Made by a program: the position numbers and the translations under genes. Shown here piece after piece: positions 1-8,892 of a DNA stretch of 64,000 nucleotides (its first letter is position 1; every line of letters starts with the position of its first letter). Location: assembly GCA_038363005.1 (NCBI GenBank), contig JBBQBI010000009.1:2376-66375 (forward strand), in the 5' to 3' direction. The DNA is from Rhodospirillales bacterium (GTDB lineage: Bacteria; Pseudomonadota; Alphaproteobacteria; Kiloniellales; JACOMY01). The notes below the pieces were generated by a model. The model ran no database searches. It was not told the DNA's origin and worked only from the letters and a program-made list of their open reading frames with translations.

Positions 1-2409
1 TGGTTCCTCAACCTGCCCTGGGTGGCGCAGTGGCTGACCGAGGCCTTCAAGGACTACAAGCAGGCGCAGAAACCTGGACGACCGCTCAGCCCCGACGACT
101 TCCCCTATGTCTGCGAGCACTGGGCGCGCTACGCCACGCTGATCGACCTGCTGAAGGAGGCCATCAGCGTCCCCGACCTGAAGTTGGCCGACACGCTCTC
201 GGCCGCCACCTTGAAGCCGATCGACGTCGACCTGGTGCTGGATGTCGGCAACAGCCGCACCTGCGGTCTGCTGTTCGAATCGGTCGGCGAGAGCTTCTCG
301 ATGCGCAACGCCTATGTGCTGGCGCTACGCGACCTGTCGCGCCCCTGGCTGCTGACCGAGGACCCCTTCGAGAGCCGGGTGGAGTTCGCCAAGCCGGCTT
401 TCGGGCGCGAGCAGATCCGCACTGGCCGGCCCGACCTGTTCCACTGGCCCAGCCTGGTGCGCGTCGGCCCCGAGGCGGCACGCCTGGCCAGCGAGGTCCA
501 GGGCACCGAGGGCGCCACCGGACTGTCGAGCCCGAAGCGCTACCTGTGGGACACCCGGCGCGCGCGCCAACCTTGGCGCCTCAACACCGCCGAGGCGCCC
601 TATTGGGAGCGTGACGGCGAGATCGGCGGCGCGGTGACCACGCTGGTGACCGAGGAGGGCGAGGTGATCGCCACCCTGCCGGTCAAGCCCGGCGAGTTGC
701 CGCCGGTGTCCGCCGTGCTGCCGCTGTTCAGCCGCTCAGCGCTCTACGGCTTCATGCTGGCCGAGATCCTGCTGCAGGCGCTAATGATGATCAATTCGCC
801 GGGCACCCGCGCGCGGCGACAGAACGCCGACGTGCCGCGCCGCCTGAAGCGGCTGATCCTGACCCTGCCGCCAGCCACGCCGCTGGCCGAGCAGCGCATC
901 CTCAAGGCCCGGGTCGAGGGCGCCATCGCGCTGATCTGGGAGCTGCTGGGCTGGGACACCTCTGACTCCGCGCTGCACGAGCGCCCGCAGATCAAGGTCG
1001 ACTGGGACGAGGCCAGCTGCACCCAGATGGTCTACCTCTATACCGAGATCACCCAGAAGCTGCAGACCACGGCGCGCGACTTCTTCGAGGTCATGGGCAA
1101 GCCACGGCCGGACAGCGGGGTCGGCCGCAAGGAAGACCCGACGTTGCGGGTGGCGTCCATCGACATCGGCGGCGGCACCACCGACCTGATGATCATCACC
1201 TACGGCCTGGAAGGCGACCGGGCCATGGTGCCGCAGCAGAACTTCCGCGAAGGCTTCCGGGTCGCCGGCGACGACGTGCTGGAGGCAGTGGTCGAGGCGC
1301 ATGTACTGCCGGCCATCGCCCGCGCGCTGCAGGCCGCCGGGCTGGACGACGCCGAGGAGTTCCTGTCGCGCCTCTTCGCCGCCGACCGCGCCGGGCAGTC
1401 GGAGCAAACCCGTCTGGCGCGCGCCGTCTTCGTCGCCCAGGTGCTGGCGCCGGTCGGCCTGGCGATCATCGGCGAGTACGAGGCGCTGGGGCCGAACGGC
1501 GGGCCGCCGGTGACCCGCCGGCTGGGCGACTGCTTCGCCGGCCGCAACCCGCCGACCGCCGAGGCCCGTGCCTACCTGGAGGCCGAGGCGACGCTGCGTG
1601 TCGGCGCGCCCTTCATCCTGGACGACGTCGAGATCGTCATGGTGCCCGAAGCCATCGGCAAGACCGTCGAGTCGGTGATGGAAGCGGCGCTGAGCGACCT
1701 CTGCGAAGTGGTGCACGCCTACGACTGCGACGTGGTGCTGCTGTCCGGCCGCCCCTCGCGCCTGCCGGCGCTGGTGGAGTTCGTCAAGGCGCGCATGCCG
1801 GTGCCGCCGGACCGCGTGGTGCCGATGCACAGCTATCGCGCCGGCGAGTGGTATCCCTTCGGCGACAGCAAGCTGCGCGTCGCCGATCCGAAGACCACCG
1901 CCGCGGTCGGCGCCATGCTCTGCGCCGTGGCGGAGGGCCAGCTCGAGGCCTTCTCGCTGCGCACCGACCGGCTGCGCATGCGCTCCACCGCGCGCTATAT
2001 CGGCGAGATGGAAATCAACGGGCAGATCCGCAAGGAACTCTTCGCCAACATCGACCTGGATCAGCCGGGCCTGCCGGCGAAACCCTGCGAGATCGAACTT
2101 TTCGCGCCGATCTTCCTCGGCTTCCGCCAGCTGCCGATCGCGCGCTGGACGGCGACGCCGCTGTACTACCTGGAGTTCCGCAATCCGGAGGAAGCCAGCC
2201 GCCTGCCCCGCCCGCTGAAGGTCACGCTGGAACGGCGCGACCCCAAGCGCGAGGAGGACCGCGAGGCCAGCCTGGAGGACTTCCGCGTCGTCGAGGTGGT
2301 GGACGCCGAGGGCGGACCGCGACGTAACACGGTGGTGAATCTGCGCCTGCAGACACTGAAGTCGGAGGCCGGCTATTGGCTGGACACCGGCGTGCTGGTG
2401 GTGAGCTAG
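1..2409 (+). CDS. srfB: SrfB-family protein (Hsp70/actin-fold ATPase-like), 5' end cut by the window edge
   Basis: The frame is open from nt 1, with no stop before listed ORF 22..2409. It carries actin/Hsp70-fold phosphate motifs LDVGNSRTCGLL and SIDIGGGTTDLMI and an adenosine-like motif LLSGRPSRLP. Its size and the SrfC-like gene that follows match srfABC operons (family recognition from memory). Confidence 0.7.
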   Translation, partial: WFLNLPWVAQWLTEAFKDYKQAQKPGRPLSPDDFPYVCEHWARYATLIDLLKEAISVPDLKLADTLSAATLKPIDVDLVLDVGNSRTCGLLFESVGESFSMRNAYVLALRDLSRPWLLTEDPFESRVEFAKPAFGREQIRTGRPDLFHWPSLVRVGPEAARLASEVQGTEGATGLSSPKRYLWDTRRARQPWRLNTAEAPYWERDGEIGGAVTTLVTEEGEVIATLPVKPGELPPVSAVLPLFSRSALYGFMLAEILLQALMMINSPGTRARRQNADVPRRLKRLILTLPPATPLAEQRILKARVEGAIALIWELLGWDTSDSALHERPQIKVDWDEASCTQMVYLYTEITQKLQTTARDFFEVMGKPRPDSGVGRKEDPTLRVASIDIGGGTTDLMIITYGLEGDRAMVPQQNFREGFRVAGDDVLEAVVEAHVLPAIARALQAAGLDDAEEFLSRLFAADRAGQSEQTRLARAVFVAQVLAPVGLAIIGEYEALGPNGGPPVTRRLGDCFAGRNPPTAEARAYLEAEATLRVGAPFILDDVEIVMVPEAIGKTVESVMEAALSDLCEVVHAYDCDVVLLSGRPSRLPALVEFVKARMPVPPDRVVPMHSYRAGEWYPFGDSKLRVADPKTTAAVGAMLCAVAEGQLEAFSLRTDRLRMRSTARYIGEMEINGQIRKELFANIDLDQPGLPAKPCEIELFAPIFLGFRQLPIARWTATPLYYLEFRNPEEASRLPRPLKVTLERRDPKREEDREASLEDFRVVEVVDAEGGPRRNTVVNLRLQTLKSEAGYWLDTGVLVVS

Positions 2410-2415
2410 GAAGCG

Positions 2416-5124
2416 ATGATGGACGAGCTGGACAGCAAACTGGGCGGCGAGTGCCGCAAGGCGGCGGAGGCGGCCGGCCAGGCCCTCGGCTGGGTGGCGG
2501 ACAACGCCGAGCGTGTCGGCGCTGAGCGCCCCTCGATCGAGCGCCGCCTGCGCAAGGCGACGGTGACGGCCGGCAAGCTAGCGCTGGCGGCGGAGCGGCC
2601 GATGTGCGTCGGCGTCTTCGGCCCCAGCCAGGCCGGCAAGTCCTACCTGATCTCCGCCCTGGCCCGGCCGAAGGCGACCGAGGGCGGGCAGGAGGATCTG
2701 ATCGCCGAGTTCGACGGCATTCCCGGCGGCCTGTCCTTCGTGCGCCACATCAACCCGCAGGGCGGCGGCGAGGCCACCGGCCTGGTCACCCGCTTCACCA
2801 TCCGCAAGGCACCGACGCCGGCCGGCTTCCCGGTCGCCTTCCGCCTGCTGTCGGAACTCGACGTGGTGAAGATCCTGACCAACACCTACCTGTCGGACTT
2901 CAAGGACGACGAGGAGCGCCCGGCCACGGCCGAGGAGGTGGCGCGCGCCCTGACCGAGGCGCGCAACGCGGCGCAGGCGGCGCCGCTCGACCGTCTGTCG
3001 ATCGACGACTTCTATGACCTGCGCGAATACGCCGACAAGTATTTCCGCGGCCACGAATTCATCAAGGCGCTTGGCCCGACCTACTGGGGCGAGCTGGAGC
3101 GCCTGGGGCCACGCCTGCCGGCCGCCGCGCGGGTCAAGCTGCTGTCCTTCCTGTGGGGCCGCCACGCCTTCTTCACGCAGATCTACACCCGCCTGCAGGC
3201 GGCGCTGGCGCAGCTCGACTTCGCGCCCGAGGCCTTCGCGCCCATCGCCGCGCTGCGCGATGCCAACGCACCAGCGACCGAGGGGCCGCGGCGCGATTCC
3301 ATCATCGACGTCAACACGCTCTATGCGCTGTCCGAGCCGGGCGCCGACACCATCCAGGTGAAGACGCCGGCAGGCCGTGAGGTCGCTATCGCGCGGCCCG
3401 TGGTCACCGCGCTGATCGCCGAGCTGCGCATCCAGATGCAGAAGCAGCCCTGGCCCTTCTTCGAGCACACCGACCTGCTCGATTTTCCCGGCGCGCGGGT
3501 GCGCGAGAACTACACCGTCAAGCAGGTCACCGAGAATCCCGAGCTGGTGCCCAAGTGCTTTCTGCGCGGCAAGGTCGCTTATCTTTTTGAGCGCTACTGC
3601 GCCGAGCTTGAGCTCTCCTCGATGCTGCTCTGCATCGGCCCCTCCAACCAGGAGGTGCGCACCCTGCCGAAGATGATCGAGGACTGGGTAGCGGCGACGC
3701 ACGGCTCGACCCCGGCGGAGCGTGCCAAGCAGGAGACGCTGCTGTTCTTCGTGCTGACCAAGTTCGATACCGAGTTCGACGAGAAGGCCGGCAAGCTGGA
3801 TCCGGCGCTGGCCTTCGACACGCGCCTGCGCCACAGCCTGACCGAGTTCTTCGGCGCCAGCGGCTCCTGGGTCGGCGAGTGGCACCCCGGCGAGCCCTTC
3901 AACAACACCTACTGGCTGCGCAGCCCCAACGCCTATGCCGAGGGCCTGTTCGACTTTTCACCCGACCGCCGCGAGCTGAAGCTGCACGAGCACAAGCAGG
4001 CGCGCCTGGCCGAGATCAAGCCGCTCTACCTCTCCACCACCCTGGTGCAGCAGCACATCGCCGATCCCGAGCGCGCCTGGGACGAGGGGCTACGGCTGAA
4101 CGACGGCGGCGTCACCTGGCTGGCGGAGAACCTGGCCCCGGTGTGCAATCCGACCATCAAGCGCCGCCAGGTCTCGGCCCGGCTGGCCGAACTGGTGGGC
4201 CAGCTGGCGCAGACGCTGAAGCCCTTCCACGTCTCCGGCGACATCGCCGAGGAGCGCGAGAAGCGCCTAGCCCTGGCGCTGGAGAGTCTGGGCGAGCTGG
4301 AGGCGCTGGCCGAACAGGGTCGCTTCGGCACGCTGCTGGGCGCCTTCCAGGTAGAAACCGACCAGCTGGCCGACCTCTATCTCAAGGTCGCCGCCACCGC
4401 CGATGGCGAGCCCGGCCAGCCGGAAGCGGCGGCCAAGCCCAAGGCCAGCGGCCGGCTGCTCGGCCGCATCTCCGGCGTCGCCACCGGCAATGGCGAGGGC
4501 GCCGCGGCGCCGGCCGCCGCCACGCCGCCGGGTGAGCGCCGCGTCGAGCGCTATGCCGCGGCGGTGATGGAGGGCTGGATCGACGAGATGCGGCAGACTG
4601 CCGCCGACGAGGCGCTGCTGCGCCGCCTGCAGGTCGACGGCGGCACGCTGTCCAACCTGGTGACCGAGCTGGCGCAGGCGGCCGAACGGCTGAAGCTGGG
4701 CCAGTCGATCCGCGAACGGCTGCGCCAGACCAAGGGCGTGCCGAAGCAGCCGCGCCATGCCATGTCGAGCGGCGCGCTGGCCGCCGGCGAGGCGATCAAC
4801 CGCTTCGTCGCCAGCCTGGGCTTCGAGCGCGTTGCCCCGGCGCAGCGGCCGAAGACACAGGACGCCGCCGGCCAGGAGCGGCCGATCTTCACCCGCACCG
4901 TGGCCAGCGGCGAGGTGCCGAGCCTGCCGGCCGAACCGCAGCGCTACGACGACCAGATCGCCGTCGACTGGATGGCCGGCTTCCTGAAGCTGGTGGAGGA
5001 GAACGCCGCCACCCTGGAGGGCGCGCAGCTCGACATCGAGCAGAACGCGCGCCTTGGCCGCCTGCTGCAGACCCTGGGCCACGTCGGCCATACCCTCGGC
5101 AGCGCTGCCGGGGCCGCAGGCTGA
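2416..5124 (+). CDS. srfC: SrfC-like putative virulence factor; dynamin-like P-loop GTPase
   Basis: 902-aa ORF starting 7 nt after the srfB stop, with an AGGAAG RBS. G1 is GVFGPSQAGKSYLISAL (nt 2611-2643), G3 is LLDFPGAR and G4 is LTKFD. A long helical C-terminal half follows. Confidence 0.65.
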   Translation: MMDELDSKLGGECRKAAEAAGQALGWVADNAERVGAERPSIERRLRKATVTAGKLALAAERPMCVGVFGPSQAGKSYLISALARPKATEGGQEDLIAEFDGIPGGLSFVRHINPQGGGEATGLVTRFTIRKAPTPAGFPVAFRLLSELDVVKILTNTYLSDFKDDEERPATAEEVARALTEARNAAQAAPLDRLSIDDFYDLREYADKYFRGHEFIKALGPTYWGELERLGPRLPAAARVKLLSFLWGRHAFFTQIYTRLQAALAQLDFAPEAFAPIAALRDANAPATEGPRRDSIIDVNTLYALSEPGADTIQVKTPAGREVAIARPVVTALIAELRIQMQKQPWPFFEHTDLLDFPGARVRENYTVKQVTENPELVPKCFLRGKVAYLFERYCAELELSSMLLCIGPSNQEVRTLPKMIEDWVAATHGSTPAERAKQETLLFFVLTKFDTEFDEKAGKLDPALAFDTRLRHSLTEFFGASGSWVGEWHPGEPFNNTYWLRSPNAYAEGLFDFSPDRRELKLHEHKQARLAEIKPLYLSTTLVQQHIADPERAWDEGLRLNDGGVTWLAENLAPVCNPTIKRRQVSARLAELVGQLAQTLKPFHVSGDIAEEREKRLALALESLGELEALAEQGRFGTLLGAFQVETDQLADLYLKVAATADGEPGQPEAAAKPKASGRLLGRISGVATGNGEGAAAPAAATPPGERRVERYAAAVMEGWIDEMRQTAADEALLRRLQVDGGTLSNLVTELAQAAERLKLGQSIRERLRQTKGVPKQPRHAMSSGALAAGEAINRFVASLGFERVAPAQRPKTQDAAGQERPIFTRTVASGEVPSLPAEPQRYDDQIAVDWMAGFLKLVEENAATLEGAQLDIEQNARLGRLLQTLGHVGHTLGSAAGAAG

Positions 5125-5126
5125 TC

Positions 5127-6206
5127 ATGGCCCTGCGCTTCCTTCTGCAACAGGACACCTCGGTCCCTGGCGGCGGTCACGCGCTGCTGTTCCTGCAAGG
5201 TGCCGGCAAGGTGCCGGGCGACGCCCGCCTGATCATCCGACGGCTGCAGCCCGAGGCCTGGCTGGGCCCGGCCGGCTGGCAGCCGACGCGTGCCGAGCTC
5301 ACCGTCGCGGGGCCGGAGCGCAGCGAAAATTCGCTGTTCCTCAAGCTCGGCCCCGCGGTGGTCGACCGCATCCCGCCCTGGACCAAGGTCGAGGTGACGC
5401 TGCCGTCGCTGCAGGAAAGCCAGGTCATCGTCTGGCCAGCCCTGGAGCAGTCGCCCGGCGGCGGTGGCGGCAGCGGCCAGGTCGCCTTTGGCGGCCGCCG
5501 GCCGCCGCAGCGCAGCGAGCCGAGCATCGTTCCGCCGCCGGCGCCGGAGCCTGAGCCCGCGCCAGAACCGGAGCCCGAACCACCGCCGCCGGCCCCGGCG
5601 CCGGCGCCCTTCCTGACCGCCGACCGGCCGCCGCAGCCGCCACCGCTGCCGAAGCGGCGGCGCCGCGTCTGGCCCTGGGTGCTGCTGCTGGTGCTGCTGG
5701 TCATCGGCGGCCTCGCCGTCTGGCAATGGCAGACCGGGGAGCCCGAGCGGCTGCTCTGCCGATGGGGTGTGCCCGAGATGGGCATCCTGACCTGCCAGCA
5801 GCCGGTGACCGATGCCTGTCCGGCCAGCCTGCCGCTGGATCAGCGCAGCGACTGCTATCTGAAGGCGCTCGACGCCGCCGCGCTCTTCGCGCTGGCCGAG
5901 CAGCTTGGCGTCAGCGGCAAGCCGGGCGAACGTGACCTGGCCTGGACGCTGTTCGCCGCGCTGGATGCCCGCGGCTATGCCACCGCGACCTTCGAGCTCG
6001 GCCTCTGCTACGACCCGCTGCTGCCACAGGGCTGCTCGCTGCAGCCGCGCCTCTCGGCCAACGCGCGCCAGGCGCTGCAGTATTACAGCCGCGCCGATGT
6101 CGCCGGCGCCGCCGAGGCCAAGCCACGCATCGGGGCGCTCTGCGGCTGGCTTAACGGCAAGAACGACTTGGCATCGCAGGCGGCGAAGTTCGAGTTCTGC
6201 AAGTGA
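5127..6206 (+). CDS. hypothetical bitopic membrane protein: cytoplasmic N-domain, Pro-rich linker, one TM, Cys-rich Sel1-like periplasmic domain
   Basis: The ATG lies 2 nt after the srfC stop and GC3 is high. The linker reads PPPAPEPEPAPEPEPEPPPPAPAPAP. KRRRRVWPWVLLLVLLVIGGLAVWQW is an N-in TM segment. The C-terminal part has many Cys and a Sel1-like ATFELGLCYD / ALQYYSRA pattern. Confidence 0.6.
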   Translation: MALRFLLQQDTSVPGGGHALLFLQGAGKVPGDARLIIRRLQPEAWLGPAGWQPTRAELTVAGPERSENSLFLKLGPAVVDRIPPWTKVEVTLPSLQESQVIVWPALEQSPGGGGGSGQVAFGGRRPPQRSEPSIVPPPAPEPEPAPEPEPEPPPPAPAPAPFLTADRPPQPPPLPKRRRRVWPWVLLLVLLVIGGLAVWQWQTGEPERLLCRWGVPEMGILTCQQPVTDACPASLPLDQRSDCYLKALDAAALFALAEQLGVSGKPGERDLAWTLFAALDARGYATATFELGLCYDPLLPQGCSLQPRLSANARQALQYYSRADVAGAAEAKPRIGALCGWLNGKNDLASQAAKFEFCK

Positions 6207-6210
6207 CCTG

Positions 6211-6233
6211 CCCTCTCCCCTCGCGGGAGAGGG
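6211..6233. repeat. REP-type GC-rich hairpin (CCCTCTCCC-N5-GGGAGAGGG)
   Basis: Perfect 9-bp stem, 6211-6219 pairing with 6225-6233, in the 50-nt gap between the orf359 stop and the vWA start. It belongs to the same family as the elements at 10133, 10217, 28917 and 28989. Confidence 0.7.
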
Positions 6234-6256
6234 GGGCCTTAACAGGAGCTGGTGAT

Positions 6257-8155
6257 ATGCGCAGCGTTCTCCTCGCCCTCCTCGTCCTGGTCCTGCCGCT
6301 CGCGGCCCTGGCCGCCGAGCCGCTGAAGCAGCCCGGCAAGGAGCAGCTCTTCCAGCGCGTGCTGACGCGGCCCGGCGCGGTGATCCGCGTCGACCCCGAT
6401 GCCACCGCCAAACCGGTCGACCAGCCGCCGCCCTTCGCCGTGCTCTATGTCTTCCAGCGCCGCGCCGTCGGCAGCACCGAATGGCTGGCGGTGGGCGCGC
6501 CCTTCGCCGGGCCGACCCTAGGCTGGATCCCGGCGGAGCAGACCGTCGCCTGGTCACAGCAGCTGCTGCTCGCCTTCTCCAACCCGGCCTATCGCCTGCG
6601 CAACCTCTTCTTCGATGGCAAGGAGAGCGCCATCCGCTTCTACGAGGACGAGAACCTCTCAGCGGCGGCGGAGAGCGCGATCGCCGCGGCCGACGCCGGC
6701 GCGCCGCCGGCCGGCAGCGGCATTATCTCGGTCGAGCCGAAGCTGTTCCTCGACATCAACGAGAACCTCTACCTGCTGCCGATCCTGGAGGCGCAGGACT
6801 ACCTGCTGGGCGGCGTCTTCCCGGCCAACCTGGTGAAGATCGCCTCGATCCCGGTGCAGGCGCCGCCGCCCGACCCCTCGGCGAAGCTGCAGGACTTCAA
6901 TGCCGCGGTGGTCTTCGTCATCGACACCACGCGGTCGATGGATCCCTACATCGAGCGGGTCAAGGATGCCATCCGCAAGCTGAGCAAGGAGCTGGCCGGT
7001 ACGCCGATCGGCGACAAGCTGGCCTTCGGCGTCGTCGCCTTCCGCGACAACACCAGCGTGGCGCCCGGCATCGACTATGTCTCCAAGGTGATCCTGGCCC
7101 CCAGCAAGAACACCACGCCGGCCGACCTGGAGGCCGCGCTGGCCGGCCTGGGCGCCGCCACCGCCTCGACCCAGGCTTTCAGCGAGGACGGCATGGCCGG
7201 CATGGAATCCGCCATGAACCTGACCAACTGGAACGATTTCGGCGGCCGCTTCGTCATCTACATCAGCGACGCCGGCACCCGCAGCGGCGAAGACCCGCTG
7301 GGCGCCACGCACAAGAATCCGGCGGAGATCAATGCCCTGGCGCGCGAGCGTGGCATCGCCACCCTGGTGCTGCATCTGCGGACCGACGCCGGCAAGGCCT
7401 ATCACCAGCTGGCCGAGCAGCAGTATCAGGCGCTGGCCGCCTGGCCCGGCATCCAGCCGCTCTACTTCCCGATCGAAAACGGCGACGTGGCGCAGTTCGG
7501 CAAGGCGGTGGACGAGGCGACCGGACAGATCGTCTCCATCGTCGATACCTCGCTGGGCGGCGGCCTGGTCGATCCGGCGGCGACCCCGGGCACCCAGGTG
7601 CAGCAGGCCACCCGGCTGGTCGGCCTGGCGATGCAGCTGGCCTACCTCGGCCGCGCCAGCGGCGTCGCGGCGCCCGACCTGTTCGAGGCCTGGACGCTGG
7701 ACCGCGCGATGGACAATCCCACCGACCTGGCCTTCGAGGTGCGCGTGCTGCTGAACCGCACGCAGATCAACGACCTCTCGGAACGGCTGAAGGCACTGCT
7801 CGCCGCAGGCATCGAGGCGCGGCAGACCAGCAGCCAGGATTTCTTCCGCCTGCTGCGCACCACCATGGCGCGCTTCCTGCAGGATCCGGCGCAGCTGGCG
7901 CAGGCCGATACGCTGGGCGCTTTCCTGAACGAATTCCTTGGCGCCTTGCCCTACCGCAGCCAGGTGCTGCAGATCGACGAGGCCAGCTGGGCCTCGATGG
8001 GCGCCGCGGCGCAGGACGAGATCCTGTCCGGCATCCGCTCCAAGCTGGCGGCCTATCAGCTGCTGTACGACGACGTCGGGCGCTGGACCGCGCTGTGGCA
8101 GGGCGCGCCGACCGCCGAGCTGGTCTATCCCATCCCGCTCGCCCTGCTGCCGTGA
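6257..8155 (+). CDS. secreted von Willebrand factor A (vWA) domain protein
   Basis: An AGGAG RBS precedes ATG 6257. The signal peptide is MRSVLLALLVLVLPLAALA/AEP. The MIDAS motif is VVFVIDTTRSMDPY (DxTxS), with a later FVIYISDAGTRSG strand. A C-terminal extension of about 300 aa follows. Confidence 0.8.
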   Translation: MRSVLLALLVLVLPLAALAAEPLKQPGKEQLFQRVLTRPGAVIRVDPDATAKPVDQPPPFAVLYVFQRRAVGSTEWLAVGAPFAGPTLGWIPAEQTVAWSQQLLLAFSNPAYRLRNLFFDGKESAIRFYEDENLSAAAESAIAAADAGAPPAGSGIISVEPKLFLDINENLYLLPILEAQDYLLGGVFPANLVKIASIPVQAPPPDPSAKLQDFNAAVVFVIDTTRSMDPYIERVKDAIRKLSKELAGTPIGDKLAFGVVAFRDNTSVAPGIDYVSKVILAPSKNTTPADLEAALAGLGAATASTQAFSEDGMAGMESAMNLTNWNDFGGRFVIYISDAGTRSGEDPLGATHKNPAEINALARERGIATLVLHLRTDAGKAYHQLAEQQYQALAAWPGIQPLYFPIENGDVAQFGKAVDEATGQIVSIVDTSLGGGLVDPAATPGTQVQQATRLVGLAMQLAYLGRASGVAAPDLFEAWTLDRAMDNPTDLAFEVRVLLNRTQINDLSERLKALLAAGIEARQTSSQDFFRLLRTTMARFLQDPAQLAQADTLGAFLNEFLGALPYRSQVLQIDEASWASMGAAAQDEILSGIRSKLAAYQLLYDDVGRWTALWQGAPTAELVYPIPLALLP

Positions 8156-8892
8156 CCGAGGCCGCCGCGCCGCTGCTGCGGGTCGAGCGGCTGGCCAAGC
8201 GGCGTGCCGGCGACGACCGCTCCTTCACGCTGGAGGTGCCGCGCCTGGCACTGGCGCCGGGCGGCGCGCTGGCGCTGGTCGGCCCCTCGGGCTGCGGCAA
8301 GTCCACGCTGATCGACCTGCTGGCATTGGCCCTGGCGCCCGACCGTGCGGCGCTGTTCCACCTGCGGGTCGGTGGCGGCCAACGCTGGCTCGACGTGGCC
8401 CGCGCCTGGAGCGAGCGCAAAGAGGACCTGCTGGGCCGCGCCCGCGCCCTGACGCTGGGCTATGTGCTGCAGACCGGCGGCCTGCTGCCCTTCCTGACGG
8501 CCGGCCGCAACATCGCCCTGCCGGCGGAGATCGCCGGGCGGCACGACGCCGCCTGGATCGCCGACCTGGCCGGGCGCCTGGGCATCGCGGCGCTGCTGGG
8601 CGAAATGCCCAGCCGCCTGTCGGTCGGACAGCGCCAACGCGTCGCCGTGGCGCGCGCCCTGGCGGCGCGCCCGCCGCTGGTGCTGGCCGACGAGCCGACG
8701 GCCACGCACGACCCGGCCAATGCCGAGGTGGTGATGGGCCTGCTGGTGGCGGCGACACGCGATGCCGGCGCCGCGCTGCTGCTGGCGACGCACGACCGCG
8801 CGCTGGTGCAGCGCCTGGGCCTGCCGGTCGCCGGCTTCGCCGTCAGCGAGGCCGGCAGCGCGGTCACCGCGCGCCTGGTGGAGGCGGCATGA
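8152..8892 (+). CDS. ABC transporter ATP-binding protein (MacB/LolD-like)
   Basis: The GTG start overlaps the vWA stop (GTGA). Walker A is GPSGCGKST, the Q-loop is VLQTGGLLP, the signature is LSVGQRQR, Walker B is LVLADEPT, and LLLATHD is the H-loop. Only the last 246 codons of listed ORF 6481..8892 are used. Confidence 0.85.
   Translation: MTEAAAPLLRVERLAKRRAGDDRSFTLEVPRLALAPGGALALVGPSGCGKSTLIDLLALALAPDRAALFHLRVGGGQRWLDVARAWSERKEDLLGRARALTLGYVLQTGGLLPFLTAGRNIALPAEIAGRHDAAWIADLAGRLGIAALLGEMPSRLSVGQRQRVAVARALAARPPLVLADEPTATHDPANAEVVMGLLVAATRDAGAALLLATHDRALVQRLGLPVAGFAVSEAGSAVTARLVEAA

Noticed and set aside
5905-6255. Small ORFs reading through REP elements (products containing ..SPLAGEGG.. 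or ..PLPLRAGEGRGEG.., for example 5905..6255, 28921..29298 and the start of 28951..29934)
   Set aside because: These are translations of palindromic REP DNA. They overlap better-supported genes or intergenic hairpins, and the real livH-like start at 29050 lies downstream of the element.
6481-8892. 803-aa plus-strand ORF that would fuse a long N-terminal region to the ABC ATPase
   Set aside because: Only the last 246 codons carry ABC motifs. The upstream part is out of frame with, and fully inside, the vWA gene, which has a signal peptide, RBS and MIDAS motif. A GTG at 8152 overlaps the vWA stop. The same logic was used for 7938..10103, 39899..41293, 56463..57824 and 51163..52332.
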